NCBI GenBank assembly: GCA_951406725.2
Contig: OX597821.1
Location: 21,390,001 to 21,454,000, forward strand
Source of the DNA: Octopus vulgaris
Taxonomy: Eukaryota
Length of the DNA stretch: 64,000 nt
Direction: 5' to 3'
The translations under genes were made by a program, and so were the position numbers. This document shows, one piece after another, positions 42,511 through 56,574 of the stretch (position 1 is the first letter of the stretch; each line of letters opens with the position of its first letter). Under the pieces are notes generated by a model. It searched no databases. It saw nothing but the letters and a program-made list of their open reading frames with translations, and was not told the origin of the DNA.

Positions 42511-43215
42511 TGCGCGTGACGTAATTGGTAAGAGTGTTAGACTCATGATTGCAAGACTGTGGTTTCGCTTCCTGGACCGGGTGACGTGTTGTGTTCTTGA
42601 GCAAATCACTTCATTTCCCCTTGCTCCAGTCCACTCAGCTTACAAAAATTAGTAATCCTGCGACGAACCGGGAAACTGACCCTTATGAGTCTAAGACTCG
42701 GGAAGGAACTTTAGTGCAGGCACATGGCTCAGTGGTTAGGGTGTTGCACTCGTGACCGTAAGATTGGGGTTATGATTCCTGGAGCTGGCGAGGCGTTGTG
42801 TTCTTGAGCAAAACACTTAATTTCATATGGCTTCAGTTCACTCAGCTAGCAAAAATGAGTAACTCTGCGATGACCGGCGTCCCGTCCAGGTGTGGAATAG
42901 GCATACGCCATTGAAACCGGGAAACCGACCCTTTTGAGTCGGAATGGTTCGAGAAGTTAACTTTACCTTTTGTGGAGGCGCATAGCTTTGTGGTTAGGAA
43001 GCTGGACTGATAATCGTAAGGTTGTGGTTACGATTCCTGGACCGGGCGACATGTTGTTTTCTTGAGCAAAACACTTCGTTTCATGTCGCTCCATTTCGCT
43101 CAGCCGTCAAAATTGAGTAATTTTGTGACGGACCGGTGTCCTGTCCAGAGAAAAACACATGCATCACGGAAACTGAGAAATTGGCTTTATGGGTCTGGGT
43201 TATTCTGAAAGGTTC
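42511..43215 (+). mobile_element. Three head-to-tail diverged family B' SINEs (about 42511-42712, 42715-42970, 42972-43215)
   Basis: Each repeats the tRNA head, cttgagcaaaacactt, cactcagc and gaaaccgggaaa. Confidence 0.85.
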
Positions 43216-43286
43216 TTTGTCCTGTTATCAGAAATAAATGTAGTCCAGGAATAACAACGCTATATCTTACAGATGACAGTATTGTC

Positions 43287-43376
43287 ATGACTGATGAGCA
43301 CTATTGATCATAAATATCCTCAAAAATAGTTACCCAGGGCTAAACTCCACCAATAAGTGGAAACATCGACAGTCAT
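43287..43376 (+). ncRNA. Decayed hammerhead-like motif
   Basis: CTGATGA-g-CACTATTG...CAATAaGTG-GAAA-catcgac-agtcat. Both core boxes and helix II are present, but U16.1 is lost and the helix I register overlaps the core. Confidence 0.45.
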
Positions 43377-43435
43377 TTATCGCACCTCTAAAACACGGCC
43401 ATTGCGGTCGTTTATTATATACAAACCATTAGGAC

Positions 43436-43998
43436 AGCGAGCTGGCAGAATCTTTCGCGCGCAAGGGAAAATGTTTAGCGGCATATCGTCTGTCTTCACA
43501 TTCTGTGTTTAAATTCCTCAGCGATCGACTTTATCTTTCATCCTTTCGGGGTCAAATAGTTACCAGCTGAGCACTGGTAATGTAATCGACTAGCCCTCTC
43601 CCCTAAAATTTCAGCTTTTGTGCCTATTGTAGAAAGGACGCAGGTGTGGCTGTGTGATAAGAAACTTGCTTCCCAACCACATGGTTCCGGGTTCAGTCCC
43701 ATGGAGTGGAACCTTGGACAAGTGTCTTCTGCTATAGCCTCAGGCCAACCAAAAGTCTTCTGAGTGGATTTGGTAGACAGAAACTGAAAGAAGCCTGTCC
43801 CCAATCTCCGTTTGACAACCGGTATTGGTGTGTTTACGTCCCCGTAACTAACGGTTCGGCAAAACAGACCAATACAATATGTACTAGGCTAAAAAAAAAC
43901 AAAGTTCTGTTGTGTAGGGGGGATTCGTTCGACTAAATCCCTTCATGGTGGTGCTCCAGCATAGCCGTAGTCAAAATGACTAAAACCAGTAAAAGAAT
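43436..43998 (+). mobile_element. Family C SINE (43436-43635) directly followed by family A SINE (43636-43998)
   Basis: Sequence similarity to the other copies. Confidence 0.85.
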
Positions 43999-44029
43999 TC
44001 CATTATTTATTTAGCATGACCAGACATAG

Positions 44030-44930
44030 TTGCCACTACTACAACTTCTACCACTGCAATCTCCAACACAAGCATTACTACTACAATCACTAGCACAAAC
44101 TCTAGCACCGTATCCAGTTCTACTACCACTACCACCAAGACCTGCACCTCATAGCACCACAATACCATTGTAAAAAAAACACTACCACCTCCAAACACCA
44201 CCACCACTACAATCTAGTAACACAACGATCACCAACACCACAACGACTACTAACGTCTACTAACGTCTACATCACTTCACGTCACCATATTACCACTTAT
44301 GACCAACACCACCGTCACCTTCAAACGCCACCACCGTTACCTCCATCACCATCCTCATCACAAGCACTGTTATCACCGCTACTACCTCCACAACCACCAC
44401 CACTACCACGGCATACTAAGAGAATAGCATCAGTACTACCATCACCACAGCCACAATCTCTGACGCCACCATTACCACCATCGACTATGTCAACACCACC
44501 GAAACACCACTACACACCACGTTACTATTATTAATAACACAACCACGACTAAGAACATCATCTCCACCGCGACCACCACGACTACCATCGCCACCACCAT
44601 CACACACACTAGTATGAAAACTACCATCACCCTCATTACCATCACTATCCTCACAACTATCATCACCACCACTACCACCACCACCACCACAATCCCCGAT
44701 ATCAGCATTTCCACTGCCACCAATAAAAACACCAGCACGACCACCACTACTATCACCACCATTAACAACAACTGCAAATAAACAACACCGCCGTCAACAT
44801 CATTCGCCACCGCCATCACTACCACCCGCCAACACCATCGCCAGCACCAGCACAACTCTACCATAACAGCTACCATTAGCAACAGCAACAACAACAACGA
44901 CATCACCACAACCGTTACCGCCACCACCAG
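44030..44930. repeat. Degenerate (ACC)n low-complexity tract
   Basis: Same composition as 41540-42294. Confidence 0.8.
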
Positions 44931-45580
44931 ACAGAAATTACCATCTCTAAATGAAACGAAAAACTGAACAATTCAGTATTGCTACGTTTTTCATCTTCAA
45001 TGCTATATTCTATTCTTTAATAACCTAGTTAATTTGTGAAGATTATGCTTTTCATTTCTGTTTTTTTCCTTCACTACTTTCATGCTTTCATTTTCCCCCT
45101 TACTCGCCCACACCGTACCGCATACCGCATACCGTACCCCGCCATGCTCCTCCACATCACATCCTACCACAATATATAACTGTACAGACTAATGTTACAT
45201 ATCACCGTGCCATACCGTTTCACTCTACATACAGCACAACACAACGTTGTATGCCGCTACATAATACACAGTTTACAACTCCTTCGGCGTGTCCTCCATT
45301 AAGTTCAACAATCAAGTGAACAATATGTGCGTGCGTGGGTATGTCTGTGTGCGCGCGCGTATGTGTATATGAATAGGTTTGAGTGTACATATAGGCATAG
45401 ATTCTTACTACAACACACACACATATACGTATATATACATATATATATATATATGTATATGTATGTGTGTATGATATGCATCTATGTATTTGCACGCACA
45501 TACATATGTGCACATACCTATATACACGCATTTGTATATACTTGCACTTGCATAAATCCCATTTATAAACGTGTGCGCGC

Positions 45581-45650
<70 letters not shown>

Positions 45651-45653
<3 letters not shown>

Positions 45654-46076
45654 GAAGGGTGAAATTAATTAATTTGGAATAATTATCAATTACACCAAGT
45701 AGTCTTCGGCATGTAAAAGCCGAGTTGATACTGAGTTGAGTTGATGCCTTCTAGTATCTCAAAATTCAATATATAATCATTTATGATTATAGTATTCTAC
45801 GCTGAAGAGAAAAGAAGTTTTCGGTAAGATAGAATTATTTAACATTTAATTCTTATGCTTTCCTAAAGACTTGATTTCGAAACGTACGTCCGTAGATAAC
45901 TTAAAATTGTATGATAGATTGCCGTTAATTCATCCTCTCTTACCTGTTTGTGTCTGCCTTCCAATTGCTGTTTTTACTGAGATCTCCCTTTTAGTAGAAG
46001 AAATAGCTATAACTCTTTGACTGCTATTTCTAAATTCGGTATGTGGTAAGGCAACTAGTTGCTAAACCCTTTATTG

Positions 46077-46078
<2 letters not shown>
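45651..46078 (+). mobile_element. About 430-bp non-coding hammerhead-carrying unit inserted in (TA)n
   Basis: Bounded by pure (TA)n at 45584-45650 and 46079-46142. Its 3' terminus gtggtaaggcaactagttgctaaaccctt recurs at 61287-61320. Confidence 0.75.
45796..45896 (+). ncRNA. Type I hammerhead ribozyme, canonical core, about 70-nt helix II domain
   Basis: TCTACG-CTGAAGA-GAAA...TTTC-GAAA-CGTACG-TC-CGTAGA: 6-bp helix I, G10.1-C11.1 pair, palindromic helix III ACGTACGT and GUC triplet. Predicted cleavage after C45890. Confidence 0.85.
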
Positions 46079-46147
<69 letters not shown>

Positions 46148-46496
46148 GATGAATGAATGTGTTCTGATATATATACATACGTAACCTAAAATTTATGACT
46201 TATAATGACATGTATACAATTGTTTTTATTATCTGTTCTATTTACGCATATTTGACCACCGTTGCAATTGCAGACGAACGAGTAATGGAGCCTACTACAT
46301 GTTCTAGTGAGATGCTAGATATGGCAGACTCGATATCCTGAAATCACCAGTTCCTATATAGAAATGATACAGTATTTCATTGTGTTCCCCACACTCGTAA
46401 ACGAATGTATAAGTTTTTTATAGCGGTGTCGTATGAAATTCTCACCCATAATTATAACCCTAGTATCGATCTATTGCATTGCAATCTATTTTAGAT

Positions 46497-46553
46497 TTAG
46501 GGTTAGAGTTAGGGTGAGTTAGGGTTAGTTAGGGTTAGGGTTAGGGTTAGGGG
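46497..46553 (+). repeat. Short interstitial (TTAGGG)n array
   Basis: About 9 exact or variant TTAGGG units inside non-simple sequence (about 46420-46730). Confidence 0.85.
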
Positions 46554-46797
46554 AAGGGTATCTTTTTACTTCACAAATGCAAATAAACCCAATCTGTTTC
46601 TTAAAGGAGGGACATATCCATTATGTACAGAATGTTATTTACCTAAATGGACGCCAGTGATTGGTTAAAATTGCCGAAATGCAAGAAATTTTAGACGAAA
46701 TATGTTACAAACTGCCGTTCAAAAGGAAAAGAACCCCTCTATTTACATAATGTCGCGCTCTTTTTCATTCTTTTGTCGTCTTACTATTTCTATCAAT

Positions 46798-46832
<35 letters not shown>

Positions 46833-47170
46833 CAATCAGTGTGTGTGTATATATATATATATATACACACACTCTCAGAAATGAATAGCTAGAGATAAAG
46901 TATCAAAGAGTGTAAAGTACGAGTACTCAGTTATAATCCAGGTTACGGCGTAACCAGATTGAGTTATAAGTAGCACTAGGATTCCTTCAATGTAATTCTT
47001 CCGATGGGTAAAAGCTGAGTTTGCTGTGTTGGATTATAAATATTTTACCCACTGTGTATCCAGCACAATCACATTGAATACGGGAATTAGTAAATCTGTA
47101 ATTATTTACGTCTTATTTTAATTGATTGTAAAATCACATGATATGTATACGTATGTATTTAAGTATGTCA

Positions 47171-47543
47171 TTATTACCTCCGCCTTCGCTAAGGCGGAGG
47201 TATTGTTTTTAGTGGTGTTTGTTTGTTTGTTTGACCGTGGACCAGATATCTCAAGAACCGCTGAATGGATTTGAATGAAACTTTCATTGATGTTTTGCAT
47301 CATGACTGGCACGAACTGACAAGATTTTGGCATCGATGTGGTACCGGACAAGGATTCTGGATACTTTTTCCTGTTTATTTACTTAATTTTCGGGAGCGGT
47401 CGGGTTCATTTTTAGTATTGTCGTTTGTGAAAGCAGTTGAGTTAATTTCAGATATTCTCATTTTATAAATAATATCTAGCTAATCTTTGAGAAGACGTTG
47501 GTGTTGCCTTAGCGGAAGTTTGCGCTCTCTGAGTGCTCTTGTT
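47171..47543 (+). mobile_element. Helentron-associated non-autonomous element (HINE/DINE-1-like)
   Basis: 5' TT plus hairpin tacctccgcctt-cgct-aaggcggaggta, (GTTT)n, 3' sub-terminal repeat agcggaagt and terminal stem-loop gcgctc-tct-gagtgc. Confidence 0.8.
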
Positions 47544-47723
47544 CAGTTTATTCCAAGATTTCTTTCCAGTAGAGACAGTACCCGTTTTAACCTAAATTCA
47601 AGGCTACTTCATCGTAATTTCAACATCAACAACAAGGTATCTTTTAAAGTATGTATGTATGTATGTATGTATGTATGTATGTATGTATGTATGTATGTAT
47701 GTATGTATGTATGTATGTATGTA

Positions 47724-48005
47724 TGAAGAGAAGATTACATTGTTTTACACAATTTTATTCCTTTGGAATAATACCAGTGATATCTTCGAAATAAGTGCCG
47801 GAAGTAAAATAATTTGAATAACACCTGCGTTTAACTCCATTTATTTATTTATATATGTTAAACAAAATATTTCACGTAGACCCGAAGTTTCTACCTTTAA
47901 AAACAAGGAGTTACGACCTTTTTACTTGTGTTTTTTTCTTTTTACTACTCTAGTAACTATTTATATATTTTTCCGTGTTAATTGTTATCAAGGGAAAAAT
48001 ACACA
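47724..48005 (+). mobile_element. Third copy of the 35605 family, with decayed hammerhead at 47724-47803
   Basis: TGAAGA-GAAGAT...ATCTTC-GAAA-taagtg-cc-GGAAG. Sits between (GTAT)n and (TA)n. Confidence 0.7.
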
Positions 48006-48007
48006 CA

Positions 48008-48118
<111 letters not shown>

Positions 48119-48142
48119 ATACATATATATGTATATATGTAT

Positions 48143-48182
<40 letters not shown>

Positions 48183-48234
48183 GTATATATATATACATGT
48201 GTGTCTGTGTACATGTATGTATGTATACATATAT

Positions 48235-48380
48235 ACGACCGTCTTCTTTCAGTTTCCATTCGCGAACTCCACACACATGGCTTTGGCCGGATCGAGGCTT
48301 TAGCTGAAGACACTTGCTGAAGATGCTACGTGGCGAAACTGAACCCAAAACTTCTTCACCACACACTAACTCACAGCCTA
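48235..48380 (-). mobile_element. Diverged SINE family A 5' half
   Basis: Similarity to 48790-48952. Confidence 0.75.
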
Positions 48381-48526
48381 TAATATAAATATATACATAT
48401 ATACAAACATACATTTATACTTAGATGCATACGTATATGTATGTATGCATATGTACATACATATATGTATATATATACATATATCCATACATATATGAAT
48501 GCATGCATGTATGTTCTATATCTCTT

Positions 48527-48732
48527 TCTCTTTTACTCTCTTTTACTTGTTTCAGTAATTTGACTGCGGCCATGCTGGAGCACCGCCTTTAGTCGGGACT
48601 TATTCTTTGTAAGCCTAGTACTTATTCTATCGGTCACTTTTGCCGAACCGCTAAGTGACGGGGACGTAAACACACCAGCATCGGTTGTCAAGCAATGCTA
48701 GGGGGACAAACACAGACACACAAACACACACA

Positions 48733-48786
<54 letters not shown>

Positions 48787-48952
48787 TACGACACGCTTCT
48801 TTCAGTTTCCGTCTACCAAATCCACTCACAGGGCATTGGTCGGCCCGGGGCTATAGCAGAAGACACTTGCCAAAGATGCCACGCAGTGGGACTGAACCCG
48901 GAACCATGTGGTTGGTTAGCAAGCTACTTACCACACAGCCACTCCTGCGCCT
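48527..48952 (-). mobile_element. Full-length SINE family A
   Basis: Near-identical to 5407-5816. Confidence 0.92.
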
Positions 48953-49432
48953 ATATAACCATTCCAAAATAAATCTTATTTCCCATTGTGCAGGCATATG
49001 TTGCTTGAGTTTTTTCGGCAGGTAATTACATACTAGTAAGTTATGTAAGCATTGACAATTTTTTATGAGTATACAGAAGGGTTGATTCTTAAATATATCT
49101 AAATTATGCGGATAGATATAAGGGATCATCCTGTCTTTTCTGCTATTTGCCAATTTTATTCAGCTAGATCAGAAAGCCATATGATATGTTGCACGTAGTT
49201 GTAAATAGCCATTTTAAGAAAGGCATTGAATATATAGGGACGAGATTGTACAAAAAAAAAAAAGCTGTGCGATCACATTTATATATACAACCACCCCACG
49301 CATAAAGAAAGGAATATTCTGACTTATTTCAGAGAGAGAAGGGTCTGGAAAGTGGTCTGTTAGCTTACATTATTAAGTTATACAAGCATCATATAAACAT
49401 ATACGCGCGCGTGTACGTTTGGTTTGTAAGAG

Positions 49433-49487
<55 letters not shown>

Positions 49488-49579
49488 AAATGTCTGTATG
49501 ATTAAGTGTGCTTTTGTGAGGTTTATACATATAGATATGTAAATTTATACATGCATACATATATATGTATACTCACAGA

Positions 49580-49617
<38 letters not shown>

Positions 49618-50093
49618 GTTATTTTCCGACCCAGTGCAGTGATTTCCTCATTTCTTACATATCTACTCAACATTTTCCAGAAATCAATATACGTACATAG
49701 ACTACGTTATACGTCATAGCTCTTCCGATCTCAGTAGAGGAAGACACACATTTAGGAAGAGAAAGTGAGATGGAGAGGGAAAGAGGGCGTTAAAGATGGA
49801 GGAGGATTTATGGAGCGAAAGGAGAGATGGTGGAAGCAAAGGAGAAAAACTACATCTGATGCATTTGCTGGGGTTGCATTTGCTTCTGTTGTTTATATCG
49901 TTGCTCTTGTTGTTCTTGCTGTTGTTCTTTGCTAGTGGTGCTTGTGGTGGTGCCGGTGCTGGTGCTAGTGGTGGTGTATTCGTTGCTGTTGTGGGGTATT
50001 ACGTTATTTCATACGAGATATGTTGTGTATACTAGAAACATACACATACACATGCATATATACATGTTTGTATATGCATACACACGAATACAC

Positions 50094-50144
<51 letters not shown>

Positions 50145-50206
50145 GATAAATAGGTATATGTATTTATATAATATATATATATTCACAGGGACAGAGACAG
50201 AGATCG

Positions 50207-50237
<31 letters not shown>

Positions 50238-50286
50238 ATGTGTGTGTGTGAGAGAGATCTTGTAAGGTCAAAGATTTCATCAGAGA

Positions 50287-50360
50287 CTGATGAGACCTGT
50301 TACTGGTACCTTGTAAACCAGTACTTCTACGGTCGAGTAGTTGGCGGCTGAACAGTCTCC
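50287..50360 (+). ncRNA. Decayed hammerhead-like motif
   Basis: CTGATGA-GACC-tgt-TACTGGT...ACCAGTA...GGTC-GAgt. The GAAA box is mutated. Confidence 0.45.
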
Positions 50361-50499
50361 CCGACTTCAGTAGCTGATCTTACAAGTAGTGTATCTGGAC
50401 ACCCAGCAGGACTAAAACAGAAGACCTGCTGCCAGGCGGATGATCTCGCAGTAAGACAACGGTATCATTGCCAAGAAACGGTATGACTTAGGATAAAGT

Positions 50500-51265
50500 A
50501 ATGCTTTAGCTTCATCTGATGGAAGAAATCGCGCTTTATGTGATAAGAGAACTCGTGCCCTTATTCTTCACTAAAGCTTGCATTTCCTCTTGGTTGATGG
50601 AGCGTCGCGAGCGCAAAATGTGGTCTACGGATTGGAACCAGTAATAATCCGGGGGAAATATTTCCCGCTGCGTAAGCAGCGTTTAAGCAAGCACCAGTTT
50701 CCGGAACATGGGCGTTTTGAACACAAGGTGATGCTCTGAGCCTGTTAGAATTACGATGGGATAATTCACTACGCCTTCATTTCTGACGGTCGAACCATCG
50801 ATGTTAACCTGTATTCCAAAAAGCTGGAGCGGATATATGACAAAATAACCGGTATTTGTTAACAGAAATCGAGCTCTTCTGTAGCAGGACAACGCAAGGA
50901 CAGAAGGCTCTTGAACGCCCTCCCCCACTTCGCCGAAGAAACACCGGAAACTTCAGTAAAACGAAATTATGTCACGCCTTGCATGTAGTCCGGATTTCGC
51001 TCCATCGCATCATAATTTGTTCTGATCCATGGTTCACTTCCTGTACTCGATATACTTCATCAAACAAGAAGAGGAGGAAGCTTCAGTGAAGGAGTTATTC
51101 GCCTCGTAGAACAAGATCTTGTATCAGCGTGAGATCCAAGAACAGGTAGAAAGTTGCTTCAGGCGGTAAAACAGGATGGACTCTGCTTTGATTTCTAGGT
51201 TGTTCTGTTGTAAATAAAGCAAATAAGTTACTAAAATATTGCAAAATTTTAACTCAACAGAATGT
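50500..51265 (+). mobile_element. Decayed mariner (DD34D-type) transposase catalytic domain
   Basis: Peptide relics KVML...NYDGIIHY, NRNRALL*QDNAR and SPDFAPSHHNLF. Many stops. Confidence 0.8.
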
Positions 51266-51559
51266 ATGATTATTATACTCACACACATTCACCTGTGTTT
51301 TAGGTGCAAGCTGGGTGATTACCACATGGTTCTGAGTTCGACATCTCTTACCAGTAACTGCAGTAACTTTTCTCTTGTATAACTTAGGCGTCTTAACTCG
51401 CTAGTATTTATCGCAACATATATGTATGTGCGCGCACGCGTAGTGTGTGTATGCGTGTGTATGTTTATGTGTATATACATATATATATATATATATTTTA
51501 TGTATGCATATATGTATACACACTTATGTATGTTTGTGTGTGTCTGTATATATATATAT

Positions 51560-51640
<81 letters not shown>

Positions 51641-51801
51641 CAGATATGTGCGTGTGTGTATACATATATATTATAAAGGCCTAGTTAACTTGATCTTGAG
51701 ATAAAGTTGGTCTCAAATTCGGTAAATGTTCCTTGTTATTCTAGAACTGTTTTTTTTTAATGACATTATTGCCACAAACACGCGTACATGTGTGAGTGTG
51801 T

Positions 51802-51854
51802 CTGAATTATGGCTCTGAGCGCAATATTTTCCTTCAACCGAAACAGCTGTAAAG
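51802..51854 (+). ncRNA. Decayed hammerhead-like motif
   Basis: CTGAatta-tGG...CC-GAAA-CAGCTG-TA-aag. The 3' half equals that of the 19247 motif. Confidence 0.4.
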
Positions 51855-52579
51855 CAATGGAAGCCATTATGGAACTCGCGTTCTTTTGTTATTCATTAGA
51901 TCATATTACGCTCTGTAGTAACTTGGCACTTCACTGTAAAGCATCAAGATATTGATTTCTAACAGTTTCTCGGTATCCCTATGCCTAAGTGAAATCGTGA
52001 TATACATATGTGTGTGTCTGTGTATGTGTGTGTATGTGTCTGTATAATTTTAGCTATAAGTTATTTAAGCACTAAGAGTGCTTAACGACGCAACATGTAG
52101 TGGAAACTATAAATTTGTGTCTATGTCAATTACACAAACATAATGAATGGAACTTAAATATATCACATAAATAAAGTATAACATTAATGTATATATGACT
52201 CTCTTTGTACGTGTATTTATATTTCTGAGTATAATTATATATATATGTGTGTGTTAGGGTGAGTCTTGTGTTTTCTGTTTTTGTATGTATGAAATAAATG
52301 CCACCTTACATTATTTTATTCAGCAAGTGAAGTAGAAAAATGTATGAATGATTACATTAAAAGACATTTGAAACCTCGTCAGAATTGAATTAACTTTATA
52401 TAGCGAAACTCGCAGTAGATAATGTTTTATATGACTGCACGTGGGATTCTGGGTTAAAATCCTACTTAAATGGAAAAGGTAACCTTCAACTTTCTTCTGC
52501 CCAAGTGTAATTTCGACCCGATATTCTGCACGTTATTTATAGATTTATCTGCATCCCCCTTAAAATTTGTATTACTGTT

Positions 52580-53067
<488 letters not shown>

Positions 53068-53669
53068 ATGAATGTTTATACGTATGTGGAAGTTCATCTT
53101 TGAATTCTGCATCCAACCTCTTTTGTTTTTTGCTGCAAGATATTCTCTTAATCCATATTAATATTACATCAGGTCTTATATATAAAAATACTAGTGTATC
53201 TCCCACTCCACCATGTCAATATGAATGGAGAAAAAATTCACAAATTCATGACGAAAAGGACTGCTAAAAAAAATGAAATTTTTTACCTTACCAACCATTC
53301 AATTTGTTAAATCTGTTCCGCTAAGGTCTGTGGTCTAAAGAAAACATTCCACGCCTTAACTGTGAGCTGGGGTCCACTTGTTACTGACCCGCAGTTTTTG
53401 TTGGGAATCACAAACAATTACTTCTGAAATTTTGGTTACAGTTTATCCTGTTACATATTTTATCAATATAAAGTGAGCAACAGCAAGAAATCAGTTGTGC
53501 TGTAACTCATCTTTTGAGATTCTAACCAGCCATCGCCCGGAATAAGCCACTTTCCACTTCACTACTGTAGTTCCACTCAGTCGCAGGAGATCTTAGTCTT
53601 TTAGGATGTATGGCGACCTAACTTTGGCTGCTACGATGAAAATAACTCCTCGTCAAAAGGCTGTAAGCA

Positions 53670-53870
53670 GATTAGCGTTGAGAAGGGCATCCAGCCATAG
53701 AAACCATTCCAATGCGGACATTGCAATGGAATGAAGTCTTCAGACCAGTGAATACCAAACCGTTCAGGCAATGTCAGCATGGAACATGGACGTGTAATAG
53801 CGATGATAATCAAAATAGATGGTGGTGGTGGTGGTGGCGACGACGTCGACGATGATGATGATGATGATGT
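53670..53870 (+). mobile_element. Retroposon 3' end with (GAT)n tail
   Basis: aagggcatccagccatagaaacc...cagcatggaacatggacgt followed by GGT/GAT repeats, typical of RTE-associated tails. Confidence 0.55.
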
Positions 53871-54093
53871 TGGTATGTTAGTTACATGTCTGGGAGTGCA
53901 TGAGTATGTAGAAAGAGAAGTTGTTTGTTGTTTCATGTTGAGGTCTGTATAAAAAGAAGAACTATTTAAGGCCTCCCATCGTTGTCCATATCTGATTTTT
54001 ACTTTACTGGCTGTCAGCGACACATGTTCCTAAATAACCGGTGTTTCTCTCTTTCTCTTTCGTTCTCCCCCTCTCTCACTCTTTTTCTTTATA

Positions 54094-54127
<34 letters not shown>

Positions 54128-54344
54128 CATACATGCATACGTATGTGTATACATATGTATATATATATATATATTTATATAAATAAGGATAACATCGTTA
54201 TTTAAAATACCGATCATATCAAGTGGGTGAGCCATAATGATGGGACACATATGCAATAAAAATATTTGGTACTCTACGTCATTTTTCTACTTCAAGATAC
54301 TACAATTTATAATGTGCCCATCTTTATGGCGCGCCCTATACAAG

Positions 54345-54501
54345 GGGCAGGCTTAGGTACGTGGTAAGAAGCCTGCTTACTAACAACGTGGTTACGGGTA
54401 TAGTCCAAGGAGGCACTTAGGGCAAGAGTCTTCTACTCTAAACCCTCACCGACCAAAGTTTTGTCAGTAGATTTGGTAGACGGAACCTGAAAGAAACCCA
54501 T

Positions 54502-54543
<42 letters not shown>

Positions 54544-54772
54544 TATGTGTAAGTATGCATGCATGTGTATATATATATATATATAAGTATGTATATATGC
54601 ATGTGTGTATTTGTGTGTATGTGTGTGTTAGTCTTTGTGCCTCTGTTTGTTCCCCACCACTGCTTGACAACTTGTTTATGTCCCCGTAACATACCGGTTC
54701 GGCAAAAGTGACCGATATAATAAGCAGCACGCTTTAAAACAGAAGTACTGGCGTTGACTCATTCGACTAAAG
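54345..54772 (+). mobile_element. Diverged SINE family A
   Basis: gtggtaagaagcctgct...gatttggtagacggaa...ttgacaac...cggttcggcaaaa. Confidence 0.8.
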
Positions 54773-55078
54773 GTTCTGCCAATGTGGATAAGAAGACCAC
54801 AGATATATTCTTCGGTTCCCTTTTTTTAATTTGTGCACCCTATGTCTACTCAGATACGGCTTACTAGCATTATGGCCTCCGGGAAAAATCAAGACTCTGG
54901 ACCCCATAATGCATATTATTGACAATGAGCCAGGACACACATAGACGAGAACTGGGCCCCAAGAGACGTAAGGACCCTGGACAAATGCCTACTATTTATT
55001 TACAAAGACTATTACAAACAACGCAGCATTCTTCTCTTTGAATTTCTCATAAACATGTTCAATATATATCTATATCTA

Positions 55079-55149
<71 letters not shown>

Positions 55150-56133
55150 GTTTATATTTTACTTATTGCGTTTGTCTGTCTTTACATATTGTGTCTATTC
55201 ATAGAGTTATTTTCTACATAACATTGTGATTATGCAATTATAGACTAAACACTGAGATTGTTCATCCATGCAACATCTAGAAACTATATATTCGCAGATA
55301 GCATCTACACCCGGTATCAATTATCCAGTCAATATTTAATATAATGTATGTAGATATTGACTGTGTCTATATATTGCAGTCAATAACTATATATTCTTAT
55401 AGCTGAGCGTGTGAGAATTTAACGCACTGTTTTTATCATTGAAATTAACATATTTTCCCTTGTTTCTATCGCTCACAACACATACCGTATCTATTTCGTT
55501 GGCTATCATTTACATAGAAAGATGCATGCCGACACAAAGACAGGCCTATACACATGTTTGTACGTAAGTATGGCTTTATGCGTAGTAAGTGTAAATGATG
55601 ATTTGCGATATATATCCGTGTATACCTGAATGTATGCACGTATATGTGTGTATGTGTGGGATTTGTAGGGGGTGTATTCAGATTTATTATCATTCTTATT
55701 TTAGTGTCCTTTGTCTGAAATCTTTTGTCACACGTCCTGTTACTTCTTCTCCGATTTTCTGTCCCACGTGTCTCTTTCTGTCCTCTTTATTCCATACATA
55801 TGTGTGTGCGCGTGTGTGCACGCGCATGCGCGCTATTTTAATAGGTTTCTTTTCATTGTCAATTCCGTCAACCAGAATATCAAAAAGGATCATAAGGATC
55901 CCAGCTCATAAAGCCATTTCCCGGATTCTTTGAGGTAGATATTCCTTTCTCCGCCCGACAGATGCTGCTGTGTTGCAAAATTACTCACTTTTGCCTACTG
56001 AGTGGACTGGAACAATATGAAATGAAGGTATTGCTCAAGAGCAAGATGTATTGCCCAGTGCATGAATTGGAGCCAAAATCTAACGATCGTGTATGAGGGC
56101 ACATTTAAAACTAAAATACACTATATATATCTA

Positions 56134-56176
<43 letters not shown>

Positions 56177-56229
56177 CAGTGCTCCAACATGACCGCGGTC
56201 AAACGACTGAAGTAAGTAAAATAGTAAAA

Positions 56230-56286
<57 letters not shown>

Positions 56287-56574
56287 CATGTGTGTGTGTG
56301 TGTGTGTATGTACTATGTATGTACGTATGTACGTATGTATGTACGTATGTATGTACGTATGTATGTATGTTTGTATGTATGTACGTACGTACGTATATAT
56401 GTATGTATGTACGGATGTATGTATGTACGTACGTATGTATGTACGTACGTATGTATGTATGTACGTACGGATGTATGTATGTATGTACGGATGTATGTAT
56501 GTATGTACGTACGTATGTATGTATGTATATATGTATGTACGGATGTATGTATGTATGTATGTATGTATGTATAA

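Noticed and set aside
41540-44930. Thr-rich mucin-like exons
   Set aside because: Frames are broken by stops, the tract is split by SINEs and no clear splice boundaries are seen. A degenerate (ACC)n repeat is simpler.
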